Assembly (NCBI GenBank): GCA_020629535.1
Contig: JAHDDD010000002.1
Location: 1-45,642, forward strand
Length of the DNA stretch: 45,642 nucleotides
Source: Saprospiraceae bacterium
GTDB lineage: Bacteria > Bacteroidota > Bacteroidia > Chitinophagales > Saprospiraceae
Direction: 5' to 3'
The position numbers and the translations under genes are program-made. The notes under the pieces are model-generated. The model was not told the origin of the DNA, ran no database searches, and worked only from the letters and a program-made list of their open reading frames with translations. Shown here in pieces: positions 1 to 9,620 of the stretch (positions within the stretch are counted from its first letter, which is position 1; the number at the start of each line of letters is the position of its first letter).

Positions 1-1
1 T

Positions 2-340
2 CCAAACTATGGATTTTTTATTCCTGATAGAATGTCATTACCGGGAGCAAATTTTCTTCCAAATTGTGGTGTGAATCAATTCTTTGATATGGATGTAACA
101 ACTAGTAACAACAATTTAATTGTCAATGATTTTGATGTTTTTCCTAATCCAAGTTCTGGTGAATTGTATATTCGATCTGAATCAAATTTGGGGAAAATAG
201 AGATCATTGACCAATTGGGACAGACCATGATGGAAAGTAATTTTAATACCAATGAAGCATATTTTTTGATTGATACCTGGCCAGCAGGAATGTACTACCT
301 GAAGTTTGAAAATCAAATCAAGCAAATTATTAAAATGTAA
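2..340 (+). CDS. 3' end of a secreted protein carrying a T9SS (Por) type-A C-terminal sorting domain; 5' part lies outside the window
   Basis: Frame 2 has no stop from nt 2, so the ORF-track Met at 32 is internal. The last ~70 aa (FPNPSSGELYIRSE..IEIIDQLGQ..AGMYYLKFENQIKQIIKM) fit the PNP...G-x-Y...K-hydrophobic pattern of T9SS CTDs. Confidence 0.7.
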   Translation, partial: PNYGFFIPDRMSLPGANFLPNCGVNQFFDMDVTTSNNNLIVNDFDVFPNPSSGELYIRSESNLGKIEIIDQLGQTMMESNFNTNEAYFLIDTWPAGMYYLKFENQIKQIIKM

Positions 341-434
341 TTTTAACTGGCGTTTTGAATGGGAACTTGGTAGATCTTTCAGCAATCACATTATCATTCG
401 AATACCATCACCTCGAAATTTCTCACTCGAAATT

Positions 435-1835
435 CTAAACTTTGACTTCTTTCCATTTCCCTTTGCGGAATAGATAAATGGCTGTCAAAGTCATTAACAA
501 ACCAGCAACGCATATGGATGTGTATACACCCAATGGACCCCAATCATATGTGATGGCCAATTCATATGCCAGAGGTATTTGGACCAACCAAAGAAAATAA
601 TAACTCAACAATGACGACGTATACGTATCACCGGCACCATTGAATGATTGCATGACTATCATCTGATAGGCAAAAAATACATAGCCGAGAAAAATCACTC
701 GCAAACACAAACTTGCTTCTTGCTGAACAATCACTTCATCTGTAAATAGAGCTACAAAAACATCCGCCATCAAGAAGAATATAATTGATATACAAACCAG
801 AAAATAAAAATTATATCTGCCAGCTATCCAAACTGTCTGCTCAGCTCTATCTGGATGACCCGCACCAAGATTCTGTCCAACCAATGTTGCTGTTGCATTC
901 GCTAATCCCCAGGAAGGCAAGATTGTAAACACAATGATCCTGAACGCAAGTGAATAGCCTGCTACCACATCAGTACCAAAGCTTGCTAAAATTCTGACCA
1001 GAAAAATCCAACTTGCCGTCGAAATCAGAAACTGACCAGCTCCGCCAGCAGAAACCCTGATCAATCTTTTTAGTATTTCCCAATTTGGTTTTAAGTAAGA
1101 AGGAATCAAGTCAATTCTCGAGCTTTCAGATCGCATCATATAAATCTGATAGCATACGCCAGCGCCTCTTCCAATGCAAGTAGCAACTGCCGCTCCTGTC
1201 AATCCCATTCCTGTAATAGGACCCAAGCCAAAAATAAATATTGGATCCAAAATTATATTAAGGCCATTTGAAAGCCACAGTGTCCTCATGGCAATGGCAG
1301 GATTTCCCGCCGCCCTGAAAATTCCATTGAAGACAAATAGCAACATTAAAATAATATTGAGAGAAAGGATGATCCTGGCATATTTTTGACCTTCCTGAAC
1401 AAGCTCTTCTTCTCCTCCCATCAGCCGTAAAATGTCAGGGGCGTAATGAAATGCCAAAATTCCTGTTACTACTGAAACGCATACAGCCAATAACAAAGCC
1501 TGCATAGCTGACTCGGTTGCTTTTTTATCATCTTTCTCGCCAATTCTTCTCGCTATTAATGCCGTTGCGCCCATGGCTATTCCAATAGCAATGGATTCTA
1601 AGAGCATCAAGATAGATTCAGTAAGCCCGATGGTAGCCAAGGCATTGTTACTAATCTGCGCTACATAAAAGGCATCAACCAATGCAAACAATGCTTCCAT
1701 CAACATTTCCAAAATCATTGGAATGGATAATAGGATCAATGCTTTCTTTATGCTTCCACCTGTGTAGTCCTGTTCTTTGCCTTTGACAGCATCAACAAAC
1801 AGTCTCCAAAATGATATTTTTTCTTCTTCTTTCAA
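435..1835 (-). CDS. MATE family multidrug/toxic-compound efflux transporter
   Basis: 466-aa ORF with about 12 hydrophobic segments. N-terminal region (ALILLSIPMILEMLMEALFALVDAFYV) and internal repeat (GQNLGAG...) are typical of NorM/DinF-type MATE pumps. Confidence 0.85.
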   Translation of the reverse strand: MKEEEKISFWRLFVDAVKGKEQDYTGGSIKKALILLSIPMILEMLMEALFALVDAFYVAQISNNALATIGLTESILMLLESIAIGIAMGATALIARRIGEKDDKKATESAMQALLLAVCVSVVTGILAFHYAPDILRLMGGEEELVQEGQKYARIILSLNIILMLLFVFNGIFRAAGNPAIAMRTLWLSNGLNIILDPIFIFGLGPITGMGLTGAAVATCIGRGAGVCYQIYMMRSESSRIDLIPSYLKPNWEILKRLIRVSAGGAGQFLISTASWIFLVRILASFGTDVVAGYSLAFRIIVFTILPSWGLANATATLVGQNLGAGHPDRAEQTVWIAGRYNFYFLVCISIIFFLMADVFVALFTDEVIVQQEASLCLRVIFLGYVFFAYQMIVMQSFNGAGDTYTSSLLSYYFLWLVQIPLAYELAITYDWGPLGVYTSICVAGLLMTLTAIYLFRKGKWKEVKV

Positions 1836-1920
1836 TTAAGTGCGCAAAGATGAAAAAATGAACGCTCTGAAAGCTCAGATATTGATAAAGTTTGTACCTT
1901 TTTGAAAACATTGACATATT

Positions 1921-3300
1921 ATGAAAGGAAAAATAAATAGAAGGGAATCATTGAAGTCGTTAGGCCTACTTGGTTTGGGTTTAGGTCAGGTTGAAGAATT
2001 TACATTTTCAAAAAACTATCTTCCAAATTCCTCATTTCAAAATGAAAAGACATCAAGAAAGTTAACTGCCATCACTTGCGGCGCAGGTGCAAGAGGAAAT
2101 ACATACGGAAATTATGCCTTAAAATTTCCAGACGAACTAGATATCGTAGGTGTTGCAGAACCCATTGAAATACGGCGAAAACGTTACTCTGAAAAACATA
2201 ATATTTCTATAAAAAATCAATTTACCACTTGGGAGGAATTTTTTGACAAACCAAAGATGGCTGATATATGCATCATTACAACACCAGATGATTTGCATTA
2301 TGGACCAGCAATGGCAGCCCTTGAAAAAGGCTACCAACTTTTGCTTGAAAAACCCATCGCCCAAACATGGAAAGAGTGCAATGACATTTTGCAACTTCAA
2401 AAACAGAAAAATGCGATTGTTGCTGTTTGTCACGTACTAAGGTATGCACCGTACTATAGAAAAATAAAAGAAATTTTAGAAAGTAACCGCCTGGGGCAAT
2501 TGGTCAGTGTTCAGCACTTCGAACCGATACAATATGTGCATATGGCTCATTCATTTGTAAGAGGCAATTGGAGAAGAAAAGATGAAACCAATCCAATCAT
2601 ACTTGCTAAATCATGTCATGATATGGACATGCTACGTTGGTGGATTAATAAACCCTGCAATTATGTCTCCTCCTTCGGATCACTTTCCTGGTTCAAGAAA
2701 GAAAATGCACCTGAAGGTAGTACCAAAAGATGCACCGATGGATGTGCCGTTGAGAGTACTTGTCCATATTCTGCCCTTCGCATATACCATCGTGAAAGAA
2801 TTTGGTTACATGTGCTTGATTTGCCAGAAGAAAAAGAAAAACAAGGAGAGGCCATTTTGGATCGTCTGAAGACAGGCCCATATGGTCGTTGTGTGTACCA
2901 ATGTGATAATGATGTTGCTGATCACCAAATAGTCTCAATGGAGTTTGATGATGACATTACTGCCAATTTTAGTATGGAAGCATTTACAGATTATTGGGGC
3001 AGAAGAACACGCATCATGGGATCAATGGGGTGTATTGTAGGGGATGAAGAAGATCTATATATTTCTGATTTCAGCACCAAAGAGGTTGAACATTGGATCA
3101 CCAAAGAATACGCCGAAAGAGATAGCGGCCATGGTGGTGGCGATTTTGGATTGGTCTCTGACTTTCTATTGGCTGTGGATAAAAATGATCAATCCTTATT
3201 GACTTCAAATTTAGATGCTTCCATGGAAAGTCATTTGATGGCATTCATGGCAGAAGAAAGCAGATTAGAAAAAGTGGTGAAAAAATTAAATCTTGGTTGA
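1921..3300 (+). CDS. Gfo/Idh/MocA family NAD(P)-dependent oxidoreductase with a twin-arginine (Tat) signal
   Basis: N-terminus NRRESLKSLGLLGLGLG matches the Tat consensus. It is followed by the Rossmann motif ITCGAGARGNTYG and the EKP motif (LLLEKPIA) of the Gfo/Idh/MocA fold. Confidence 0.85.
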   Translation: MKGKINRRESLKSLGLLGLGLGQVEEFTFSKNYLPNSSFQNEKTSRKLTAITCGAGARGNTYGNYALKFPDELDIVGVAEPIEIRRKRYSEKHNISIKNQFTTWEEFFDKPKMADICIITTPDDLHYGPAMAALEKGYQLLLEKPIAQTWKECNDILQLQKQKNAIVAVCHVLRYAPYYRKIKEILESNRLGQLVSVQHFEPIQYVHMAHSFVRGNWRRKDETNPIILAKSCHDMDMLRWWINKPCNYVSSFGSLSWFKKENAPEGSTKRCTDGCAVESTCPYSALRIYHRERIWLHVLDLPEEKEKQGEAILDRLKTGPYGRCVYQCDNDVADHQIVSMEFDDDITANFSMEAFTDYWGRRTRIMGSMGCIVGDEEDLYISDFSTKEVEHWITKEYAERDSGHGGGDFGLVSDFLLAVDKNDQSLLTSNLDASMESHLMAFMAEESRLEKVVKKLNLG

Positions 3301-5030
3301 TGTCTAAGGTAGTCCAATATCTATTCTTGTTGTGCTTTTTGACAATAAATGCATGCCATGTTCAAAAAACAGAGAAAGCCAAGACTCCCGAAGATGTGGT
3401 AGACTTGAATGCATTGATCATTGATTACCATGCCTATCTCGATTCAAATTCAGAATTCAGAAAAACAAATTGGGAGGACTTTTCAGATTCATTGATTTAT
3501 AATCGGAAATCCGCTGTGCAAAATCTCTTGCAAGTAAGTGATGGGATTGACAGATCCATTTTAAACGAAGATCAATTGATCAATCTCGAAATGATTGATT
3601 ACTTTCTTAAGGATGAGCAATTTAATCTAGATTTTGAAAGTCATCTTTTCCCCCTAAATGCTGAAGGTGGCTTTTTAACGGAGATGGTATATGAAACTCA
3701 ATCAAAAAACATTTCCAACAAAGAAGATGCAGATAATTACTTAGAAAAACTCAATCGAGTGCCGTCATTCATTGATCGAAAGATCGAATTAATGAAACGC
3801 GGCATTGAACAAAACAAGATTCATCCAAAAGTCATTGTTGAAAATTGCCTTGCCATTTTAGATCAACAAATTAATGTTGAAATTGAAGACAGTCACTTTT
3901 ATCAACCATTCAAAACCAATAAAGATTATCAAGAGAAAGGAAGAGAACTAATAGAATCAACTGTCTTGCCTTCTCTTCAAAAATTTGAAGATTTTTTGGA
4001 AGAGGAATATCATGTACATGCTTTAGATGAAGTTGGGATTTCTAACATCTCCAATGGCAAGGAATATTATGAGCAAAGGGTGAAGTTCTTTAGTACTTTG
4101 GATATGAGTCCTAAAGAAATTTTTGATATAGGTCAGGCAGAGGTGGAAAGAATTAGATCTGAAATGGAAGCTATTATATCTGATCTCAAATTTGAAGGTA
4201 GCTTTGCTGATTTCCTTGAGTTTCTTCGAACCGATTCTCAGTTTTATGCTGAGACGCCTGGAGAATTACTAAATCATGCCGCTTGGTATTCTAAAAAAGC
4301 GGAAGAAATTTTACCAAAGTATTTTGGGAAGATTCCAAGATTGCCTTTTACAGTAAAGGCTGTTCCTGCTGCTATAGCACCAACGTATACAACTGGCCGT
4401 TACTCTGGGGGATCTTTTAAAGATGGACGTGCAGGTCAATATTGGGTCAACACCTACAATCTTGAAAGTCGACCACTGTATGTTTTGCCTTCATTGACTT
4501 TGCATGAAGCTGTGCCTGGTCACCATATGCAAATTTCTTTGGCACAAGAGATGGAAGATGTTCCCAAATTTCGAACACGTGCATACCTTAGTGCTTTTGG
4601 AGAAGGTTGGGCATTGTACTGTGAATATCTTGGTAAAGAAGCAGGAATTTATACAACTGCTTACGAAGATTTTGGAAGACTAACATATGAAATGTGGCGA
4701 GCTTGCAGATTGGTTGTAGACCCAGGAATGCATTATTTTGATTGGACCAGAGAGGAAGCCATTGATTTTATGAAAAAAAATACTTCCTTATCATTACATG
4801 AAGTAACCACCGAAGTAGACCGTTATATCGGTTGGCCTGGACAAGCTGTTTCATATAAAATTGGTGAATTAAAAATCAGGGAATTAAGAAAACTAGCAGA
4901 AGAAAGTCTAGGAGAAAATTTCGAAATCAAAGAATTTCATGACCTGATATTACAGAACGGGGCCATTCCATTACAAGCCATGGATCGGATTGTCAGAGAG
5001 TACATTTCTGAAAAAAGTCAAGGAAAGTAG
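3300..5030 (+). CDS. DUF885 family lipoprotein (putative metallopeptidase-like, HExxPGHH motif)
   Basis: Lipobox LTINAC. Conserved DUF885 core ...LTLHEAVPGHHMQ...GEGWALYCE... The ORF track starts at TTG 3297. ATG 3300 overlaps the upstream TGA (TGATG), so 3300 is preferred. Confidence 0.8.
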   Translation: MSKVVQYLFLLCFLTINACHVQKTEKAKTPEDVVDLNALIIDYHAYLDSNSEFRKTNWEDFSDSLIYNRKSAVQNLLQVSDGIDRSILNEDQLINLEMIDYFLKDEQFNLDFESHLFPLNAEGGFLTEMVYETQSKNISNKEDADNYLEKLNRVPSFIDRKIELMKRGIEQNKIHPKVIVENCLAILDQQINVEIEDSHFYQPFKTNKDYQEKGRELIESTVLPSLQKFEDFLEEEYHVHALDEVGISNISNGKEYYEQRVKFFSTLDMSPKEIFDIGQAEVERIRSEMEAIISDLKFEGSFADFLEFLRTDSQFYAETPGELLNHAAWYSKKAEEILPKYFGKIPRLPFTVKAVPAAIAPTYTTGRYSGGSFKDGRAGQYWVNTYNLESRPLYVLPSLTLHEAVPGHHMQISLAQEMEDVPKFRTRAYLSAFGEGWALYCEYLGKEAGIYTTAYEDFGRLTYEMWRACRLVVDPGMHYFDWTREEAIDFMKKNTSLSLHEVTTEVDRYIGWPGQAVSYKIGELKIRELRKLAEESLGENFEIKEFHDLILQNGAIPLQAMDRIVREYISEKSQGK

Positions 5031-5126
5031 TGTTTTGAGTCCATTTTTGACCAATTATTAGAATTTTTCAATCTTTTGGGACCATTTTTTAAGAATACTT
5101 AGTAAACCAATTTGAGTGCTTTGAAG

Positions 5127-5134
5127 TATATTTG
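5127..5134 (+). promoter_or_regulatory. Candidate Bacteroidota -7 promoter box (TATATTTG = TAnnTTTG) upstream of susC-like gene
   Basis: Exact match to the TAnnTTTG consensus, 128 nt upstream of the SusC start. No well-spaced -33 TTTG (nearest is only 12 nt upstream). Confidence 0.25.
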
Positions 5135-5261
5135 GTTAAATAACCAAACCATGAGAAAGATTGCTGATCCCATGAGCCTCTCATTTTGGCGTGCACATTG
5201 CACGTCCCATTCCGATTTTTCAAATCGAATTAAATTTAATTAAACCATAAATGAAGTACGA

Positions 5262-8222
5262 ATGAAAGAACTACTACTTAAGTGCTTTCTATGCCTTACA
5301 TTCCTCATGATTGGAATTGGCGGCATACAAGCCCAAAATACTGTTAGTGGTACAGTTACTGATTCAAATGGAGAGCCACTTATTGGTGTATCCGTTTTAG
5401 TCAAAGGAACCACAACAGGAACCATCACAGATATAGATGGGTCCTACACTATCGATGTGCCTGAAGGCGGTGTCCTTGAATATTCATACATAGGATATCA
5501 GTCTGTGAATATGTCTGCAGATGACGCTGTTGGTACCATTGTATTGTCTGAGGGAGCAAGTCAACTTGACGAAGTTGTGATTACCGGTTTGGGTACATCT
5601 GTCAAGAGGTCAAATCTGGCCAATGCTGTGGCATCCATCGACGCAAAAGAACTTACAGGTATTGCACCCCAAAATACAGTAGATGGTGCGCTGTATGGTA
5701 AATTCACTGGTGCTGATATTCGAGCAAACTCAGGAGCTCCTGGGGGTGGATTTTCAATTAGATTAAGAGGTGTTACCTCAATCTCTTTGAACCAACAACC
5801 ATTGTATATCATCGATGGGGTTTATCTAGATAACTCGACCATTTCATTGGGTACTGATATCGTTACTGCAGCAGCAGGTGGAGGTAACACAGCTACCAAT
5901 CAAGATGATGCTTCGAACAGAATTGCCGATTTGATTCCTGAAGACATTGAATCTATTGAAGTATTGAAAGGTGCATCTGCTGCAGCCATCTATGGTGTAG
6001 GTGGAGCTGGTGGTGTTGTATTGATTAAAACCAAAAAAGGTGGATACAACCAAGCAAACAGAGTCAATTTTTCTCAAACCCTTGGTTGGTCTGCACCCAC
6101 AAGATTGTTAGGTGACAGAGGTTGGGACCAAGCAAAAGTCGAAGAAGTATTTGGTCCAGATGAAGCTGCCATTTATGCAGCGAATGGAGTGAATGACTAT
6201 GAAGCTATGTTATATGACAACAATCCACTTCAAGCCGTTTCTGCTCTTTCTTTCAGTGGAGGAAGTGAAAAAACAAAATATTATGTGAGTGGGACATTTA
6301 GAGATCAAGGTGGATTGGTACCAAATACAGGTTATCGAAAAGCATCTTTTAGAGCAAACCTTGGTCAGAAAATAGGTGAAAGGCTTACACTTGATTTCGC
6401 TTCAAGTTTTGTTAATGGTGTCGCAGACAGGGGTTTGTTCAACAACAGTAACGCGAACACTACCGTTGGATACGCCATGGCATTTACCCGTCCATGGGAC
6501 AATTTGCTTGCTGATGCAAATGGTAACTATCCTGCAAATACAAGAGTAGGATCAAATGTGATCGAAACAGTAAACACAATTACTAATCAAGAAAATATTA
6601 ACAGATTCTTCGGAAGCGTCAATGGATCATACAATCTGATTCAAAGAGATGATCAGTCATTGAAGTTGTTTGTTGAACTTGGTCTTGATAATTATTCACA
6701 TAATGGAACTGGCTTGTTCCCACAAAGTCTTTCTTTCTTCAGAGATCCTGCTTCATTGAGAGGTGTTTCTGTTCAAGGTAATTCGAATGTGACCAATACG
6801 AATATGTCTGCTGGTTTGGTACATAACTTTGTGACAAGTTCAAACCTCAGCTTTAGAACCCAGGTAGGTGCTATTCAACTTGATGCACAAAGAAATACGG
6901 TCACTGCTATTGCTTCAGGTTTGAATGGTTCGCAAACCAATGTTGATCAAGCTGAAAATATTTCTGTTGGCCAAACAAGATTGCAAGAGCAAGTAAAAGG
7001 TGTATTCCTTCAAGAAGAAATCAACTTTGATGATAAGTTTATTGCTACAATTGGGTTGAGAGGAGATAAATCATCTAACAATGGTGACCCAAATCAAATT
7101 TTCTGGAATCCCAAATTTAACCTTGCGGTGAATATTCACAACTTGGTTGATATGAGTTCTAGTCCAATTTCTCAATTGAAGCCTAGAATTGCATTTGGTC
7201 AATCTGCGAGATTTGCTGGTTTTGGAGACCGTTTCAATTCACTAGATCCAACAACCATTCAAGGAAACGCAGGTCTACAAACAAGTAGTCTACTTGGTAA
7301 CCCAGATGTTAAACCTGAATCACAAACAGAGATAGAGGCAGGAATCGATCTTGGTTTCCTTGACAACAGATTCTTGGTTACTGCAACCTATTATATTAAG
7401 GCGATTGATGATCTTTTGTTAAGAGCAAGAATACCTACTTCATCTGGATTCTCAAACCAGGTAGTAAATGCAGGTGCATTAGAAAACAGAGGAGTAGAAC
7501 TTGGACTTGAGGCAGAATTCATCAGAACAAACGATTTCTCTTGGGCTTCTGGTTTCAATTGGTGGAAAAACCAATCTGAAGTAACCAGACTTGATGTTCC
7601 TGCATTTAATACCGGCGGATTTGCTGCATTTTTAGGACAAGGTAGAATCCAAGAAGGTGAAAGTGCAACACAACTTGGTGGAACAGTGGATCCAAGTGTT
7701 GAAAATGGTGATCCTGATGGTGACGGTTTTATGAAATTTGGAGATATGGAAGCAGACTTTAACCTATCATGGGTTAATAGCATGGTCTTCAAAAATCTTG
7801 AATTAAATTGGGTATGGCACTGGAAGCAAGGAGGTGATGGTATCAACTTAAGTACTCTGCTTTATGACCTTGGTTCTGTGACTTGGGATTTTGATGACAC
7901 AACGCTTGACCCAAGTGGTGAACTTACAAATGGAAATTATAGATTGGCTGCTTTGGGTGTACATCCTGGTGTTTACATCGAAGATGCCGGATACATGAGA
8001 TTGAGAGAAATTGGTTTGTACTACAATCTTGGTCAATTGACTGATTTGGTAAAGAACTTTAGAATTGGATTTTCAGGAAGAAACCTGATCAATATTTTCG
8101 ACTACAATAGTTATGATCCTGAAGTATCAAACTTTGGTAACAATGTATTAATCAACTCTGTTGAGGTTACGCCATATCCAAATGCGAAAACATATAATTT
8201 CCACCTTAACGTAACATTCTAA
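5262..8222 (+). CDS. SusC/RagA family TonB-linked outer membrane receptor
   Basis: 986 aa. Signal peptide ending IQA|QNT, CarboxypepD_reg-like domain (VSGTVTDSNGEPLIGVSVLVKGTTTGTITDIDGSY), plug region (LDEVVITGLG...), long beta-barrel ending in aromatic ...HLNVTF. A SusD-like gene follows immediately. Confidence 0.9.
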   Translation: MKELLLKCFLCLTFLMIGIGGIQAQNTVSGTVTDSNGEPLIGVSVLVKGTTTGTITDIDGSYTIDVPEGGVLEYSYIGYQSVNMSADDAVGTIVLSEGASQLDEVVITGLGTSVKRSNLANAVASIDAKELTGIAPQNTVDGALYGKFTGADIRANSGAPGGGFSIRLRGVTSISLNQQPLYIIDGVYLDNSTISLGTDIVTAAAGGGNTATNQDDASNRIADLIPEDIESIEVLKGASAAAIYGVGGAGGVVLIKTKKGGYNQANRVNFSQTLGWSAPTRLLGDRGWDQAKVEEVFGPDEAAIYAANGVNDYEAMLYDNNPLQAVSALSFSGGSEKTKYYVSGTFRDQGGLVPNTGYRKASFRANLGQKIGERLTLDFASSFVNGVADRGLFNNSNANTTVGYAMAFTRPWDNLLADANGNYPANTRVGSNVIETVNTITNQENINRFFGSVNGSYNLIQRDDQSLKLFVELGLDNYSHNGTGLFPQSLSFFRDPASLRGVSVQGNSNVTNTNMSAGLVHNFVTSSNLSFRTQVGAIQLDAQRNTVTAIASGLNGSQTNVDQAENISVGQTRLQEQVKGVFLQEEINFDDKFIATIGLRGDKSSNNGDPNQIFWNPKFNLAVNIHNLVDMSSSPISQLKPRIAFGQSARFAGFGDRFNSLDPTTIQGNAGLQTSSLLGNPDVKPESQTEIEAGIDLGFLDNRFLVTATYYIKAIDDLLLRARIPTSSGFSNQVVNAGALENRGVELGLEAEFIRTNDFSWASGFNWWKNQSEVTRLDVPAFNTGGFAAFLGQGRIQEGESATQLGGTVDPSVENGDPDGDGFMKFGDMEADFNLSWVNSMVFKNLELNWVWHWKQGGDGINLSTLLYDLGSVTWDFDDTTLDPSGELTNGNYRLAALGVHPGVYIEDAGYMRLREIGLYYNLGQLTDLVKNFRIGFSGRNLINIFDYNSYDPEVSNFGNNVLINSVEVTPYPNAKTYNFHLNVTF

Positions 8223-8233
8223 AATTGAAAACA

Positions 8234-9547
8234 ATGAAAAATATATATTTAATTCTATTGCTTTGCGTGTTTTCTTTTTCAGCATGTGAAGTGGAAGAAA
8301 TTCTAAACCCAAATGCTCCAACCATTGAAAGTTTTGAATCTGGAGCTACTCTTGCAGATATACAATTGATTGCTCAAGGATTGGAAGCTACCATCAGAAA
8401 CGATATGCAATTCCATTTCTGGACAGTAAGCATAATAGGCCGTGAATACCTTGACCTAAGAGGAACGGATCCAAGATATACATCAGAGTTGTTAGGACAA
8501 AATGGAGGAGAACTCGATAATGGAGGATTCCTTACTACAAGAAGTTTTCTTGGCAGATACAAGTCCGTTAGAAATGCAAATTTATTGAAGACTGCTGTTG
8601 CAAATACAGTGGCTTCATTGACAGCTGAAGAAGTCAATGCATTCAATGGTTTTGCTAATACTATCATTGGATACGAATTGTTAATTGAAGCAACTCGACA
8701 ATACGAAAATGGTATCCGTCTTGATGTATCTGACCCTATTGTGCTTGGACCTTTTACAGGAAGTTATGCTGAATCACTTTCAGGAATTTCTTCCATCCTT
8801 GAAGAAGGTTACTCCCAATTATCAGCTTCATCTGGTTCAATGCCTTTTTCTTTATCAGCAGATGGCTTCAGCTCCATTCCTGCTGATGACGAAGTTTCAG
8901 CCATGGCTCAATTCAATAGAGCTATCTTGGCAAGATTGAGAACTTATCAAGGAGATAGTGGTGGTGCATTAAGCGCACTCAGCAACTCATTCTTTAACCT
9001 AGATGGTGGAATGAACATGGGAGCATACTACTCATTTGGGGGCGCTACAGGTAATGACTTGGCCAATCCTTTGTTCTACGTTCCAGGTGTTGATAACTAT
9101 ATGGTTCATCCAAGCTGGTTGGCGGATGCTACTGATGGCGATTCAAGAGTTGCTACCAAAGCCACATTCCAAGAGTTGATCGAACTTGATGGATTAAGCG
9201 GTGATCATTTGGTAACTATGTATGCATCAAATTCATCACCTGCAAGTATCATCAGAAATGAAGAATTGATTCTTTTATTTGCTGAAGCAAATGTGGGGTC
9301 TGATAATGATGCAGCCGTAGATGCTATTAATAAAGTCAGAAATGCGGCAGGTATTGGAGACTATGATGGAGCTACCGACAATGACGCATTAATTGATGAA
9401 ATTTTATATCAAAGAAGATATTCATTATTTGGCGAAGGTCACAGATGGATTGATGCTAGAAGATATGGAAGACTAGATGAAATTCCTTTAGACAGAGATG
9501 GAGACAAAGTACATGTACAGTTTCCAAGACCAATGTCTGAAAACTAG
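8234..9547 (+). CDS. SusD/RagB family nutrient-binding outer membrane lipoprotein
   Basis: Directly downstream of SusC. Lipobox FSFSAC. Conserved C-terminal SusD signature ...RRYSLFGEGHRWIDARRYGRL... A TTG at 8225 (ORF-track start) is an alternative start. Confidence 0.8.
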   Translation: MKNIYLILLLCVFSFSACEVEEILNPNAPTIESFESGATLADIQLIAQGLEATIRNDMQFHFWTVSIIGREYLDLRGTDPRYTSELLGQNGGELDNGGFLTTRSFLGRYKSVRNANLLKTAVANTVASLTAEEVNAFNGFANTIIGYELLIEATRQYENGIRLDVSDPIVLGPFTGSYAESLSGISSILEEGYSQLSASSGSMPFSLSADGFSSIPADDEVSAMAQFNRAILARLRTYQGDSGGALSALSNSFFNLDGGMNMGAYYSFGGATGNDLANPLFYVPGVDNYMVHPSWLADATDGDSRVATKATFQELIELDGLSGDHLVTMYASNSSPASIIRNEELILLFAEANVGSDNDAAVDAINKVRNAAGIGDYDGATDNDALIDEILYQRRYSLFGEGHRWIDARRYGRLDEIPLDRDGDKVHVQFPRPMSEN

Positions 9548-9591
9548 GAAAGAGAGCTGAATGAACTATCGTTCGTTTAAGAAAATAAAAA

Positions 9592-9620
9592 GGGCAGTCA
9601 ATGTTTTGGCTGCCCTTTTT
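9592..9620 (+). terminator. Rho-independent terminator after susD-like gene
   Basis: GGGCAGTCAA-TGTT-TTGGCTGCCC: 10-bp stem with one G.U pair and a 4-nt loop, followed by TTTTT. Confidence 0.65.

Noticed and set aside
412-434. Direct repeat CTCGAAATT (412-420 and 426-434) next to the MATE stop codon.
   Set aside because: Only two 9-nt copies in an AT-rich spacer between convergent genes, with no hairpin potential or further copies. Likely chance.
5180-5235. Two short hairpins in the susC leader (CGTGCA-cat-TGCACG and CGATTT-ttc-AAATCG).
   Set aside because: The stems are only 6 bp, AT-rich or isolated, and match no riboswitch or attenuator architecture. Not distinguishable from chance without conservation data.
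7391-7846. 151-aa antisense ORF inside susC. Similar shadow ORFs occur at 5561-5812, 5844-6077, 16289-16600, 18683-19099, 25082-25384 and 25598-25990.
   Set aside because: Each lies fully inside, and antisense to, a gene with strong family motifs. Their products are low-complexity (Ser/Pro/Leu-rich) with no recognisable domains, as expected for frame shadows.
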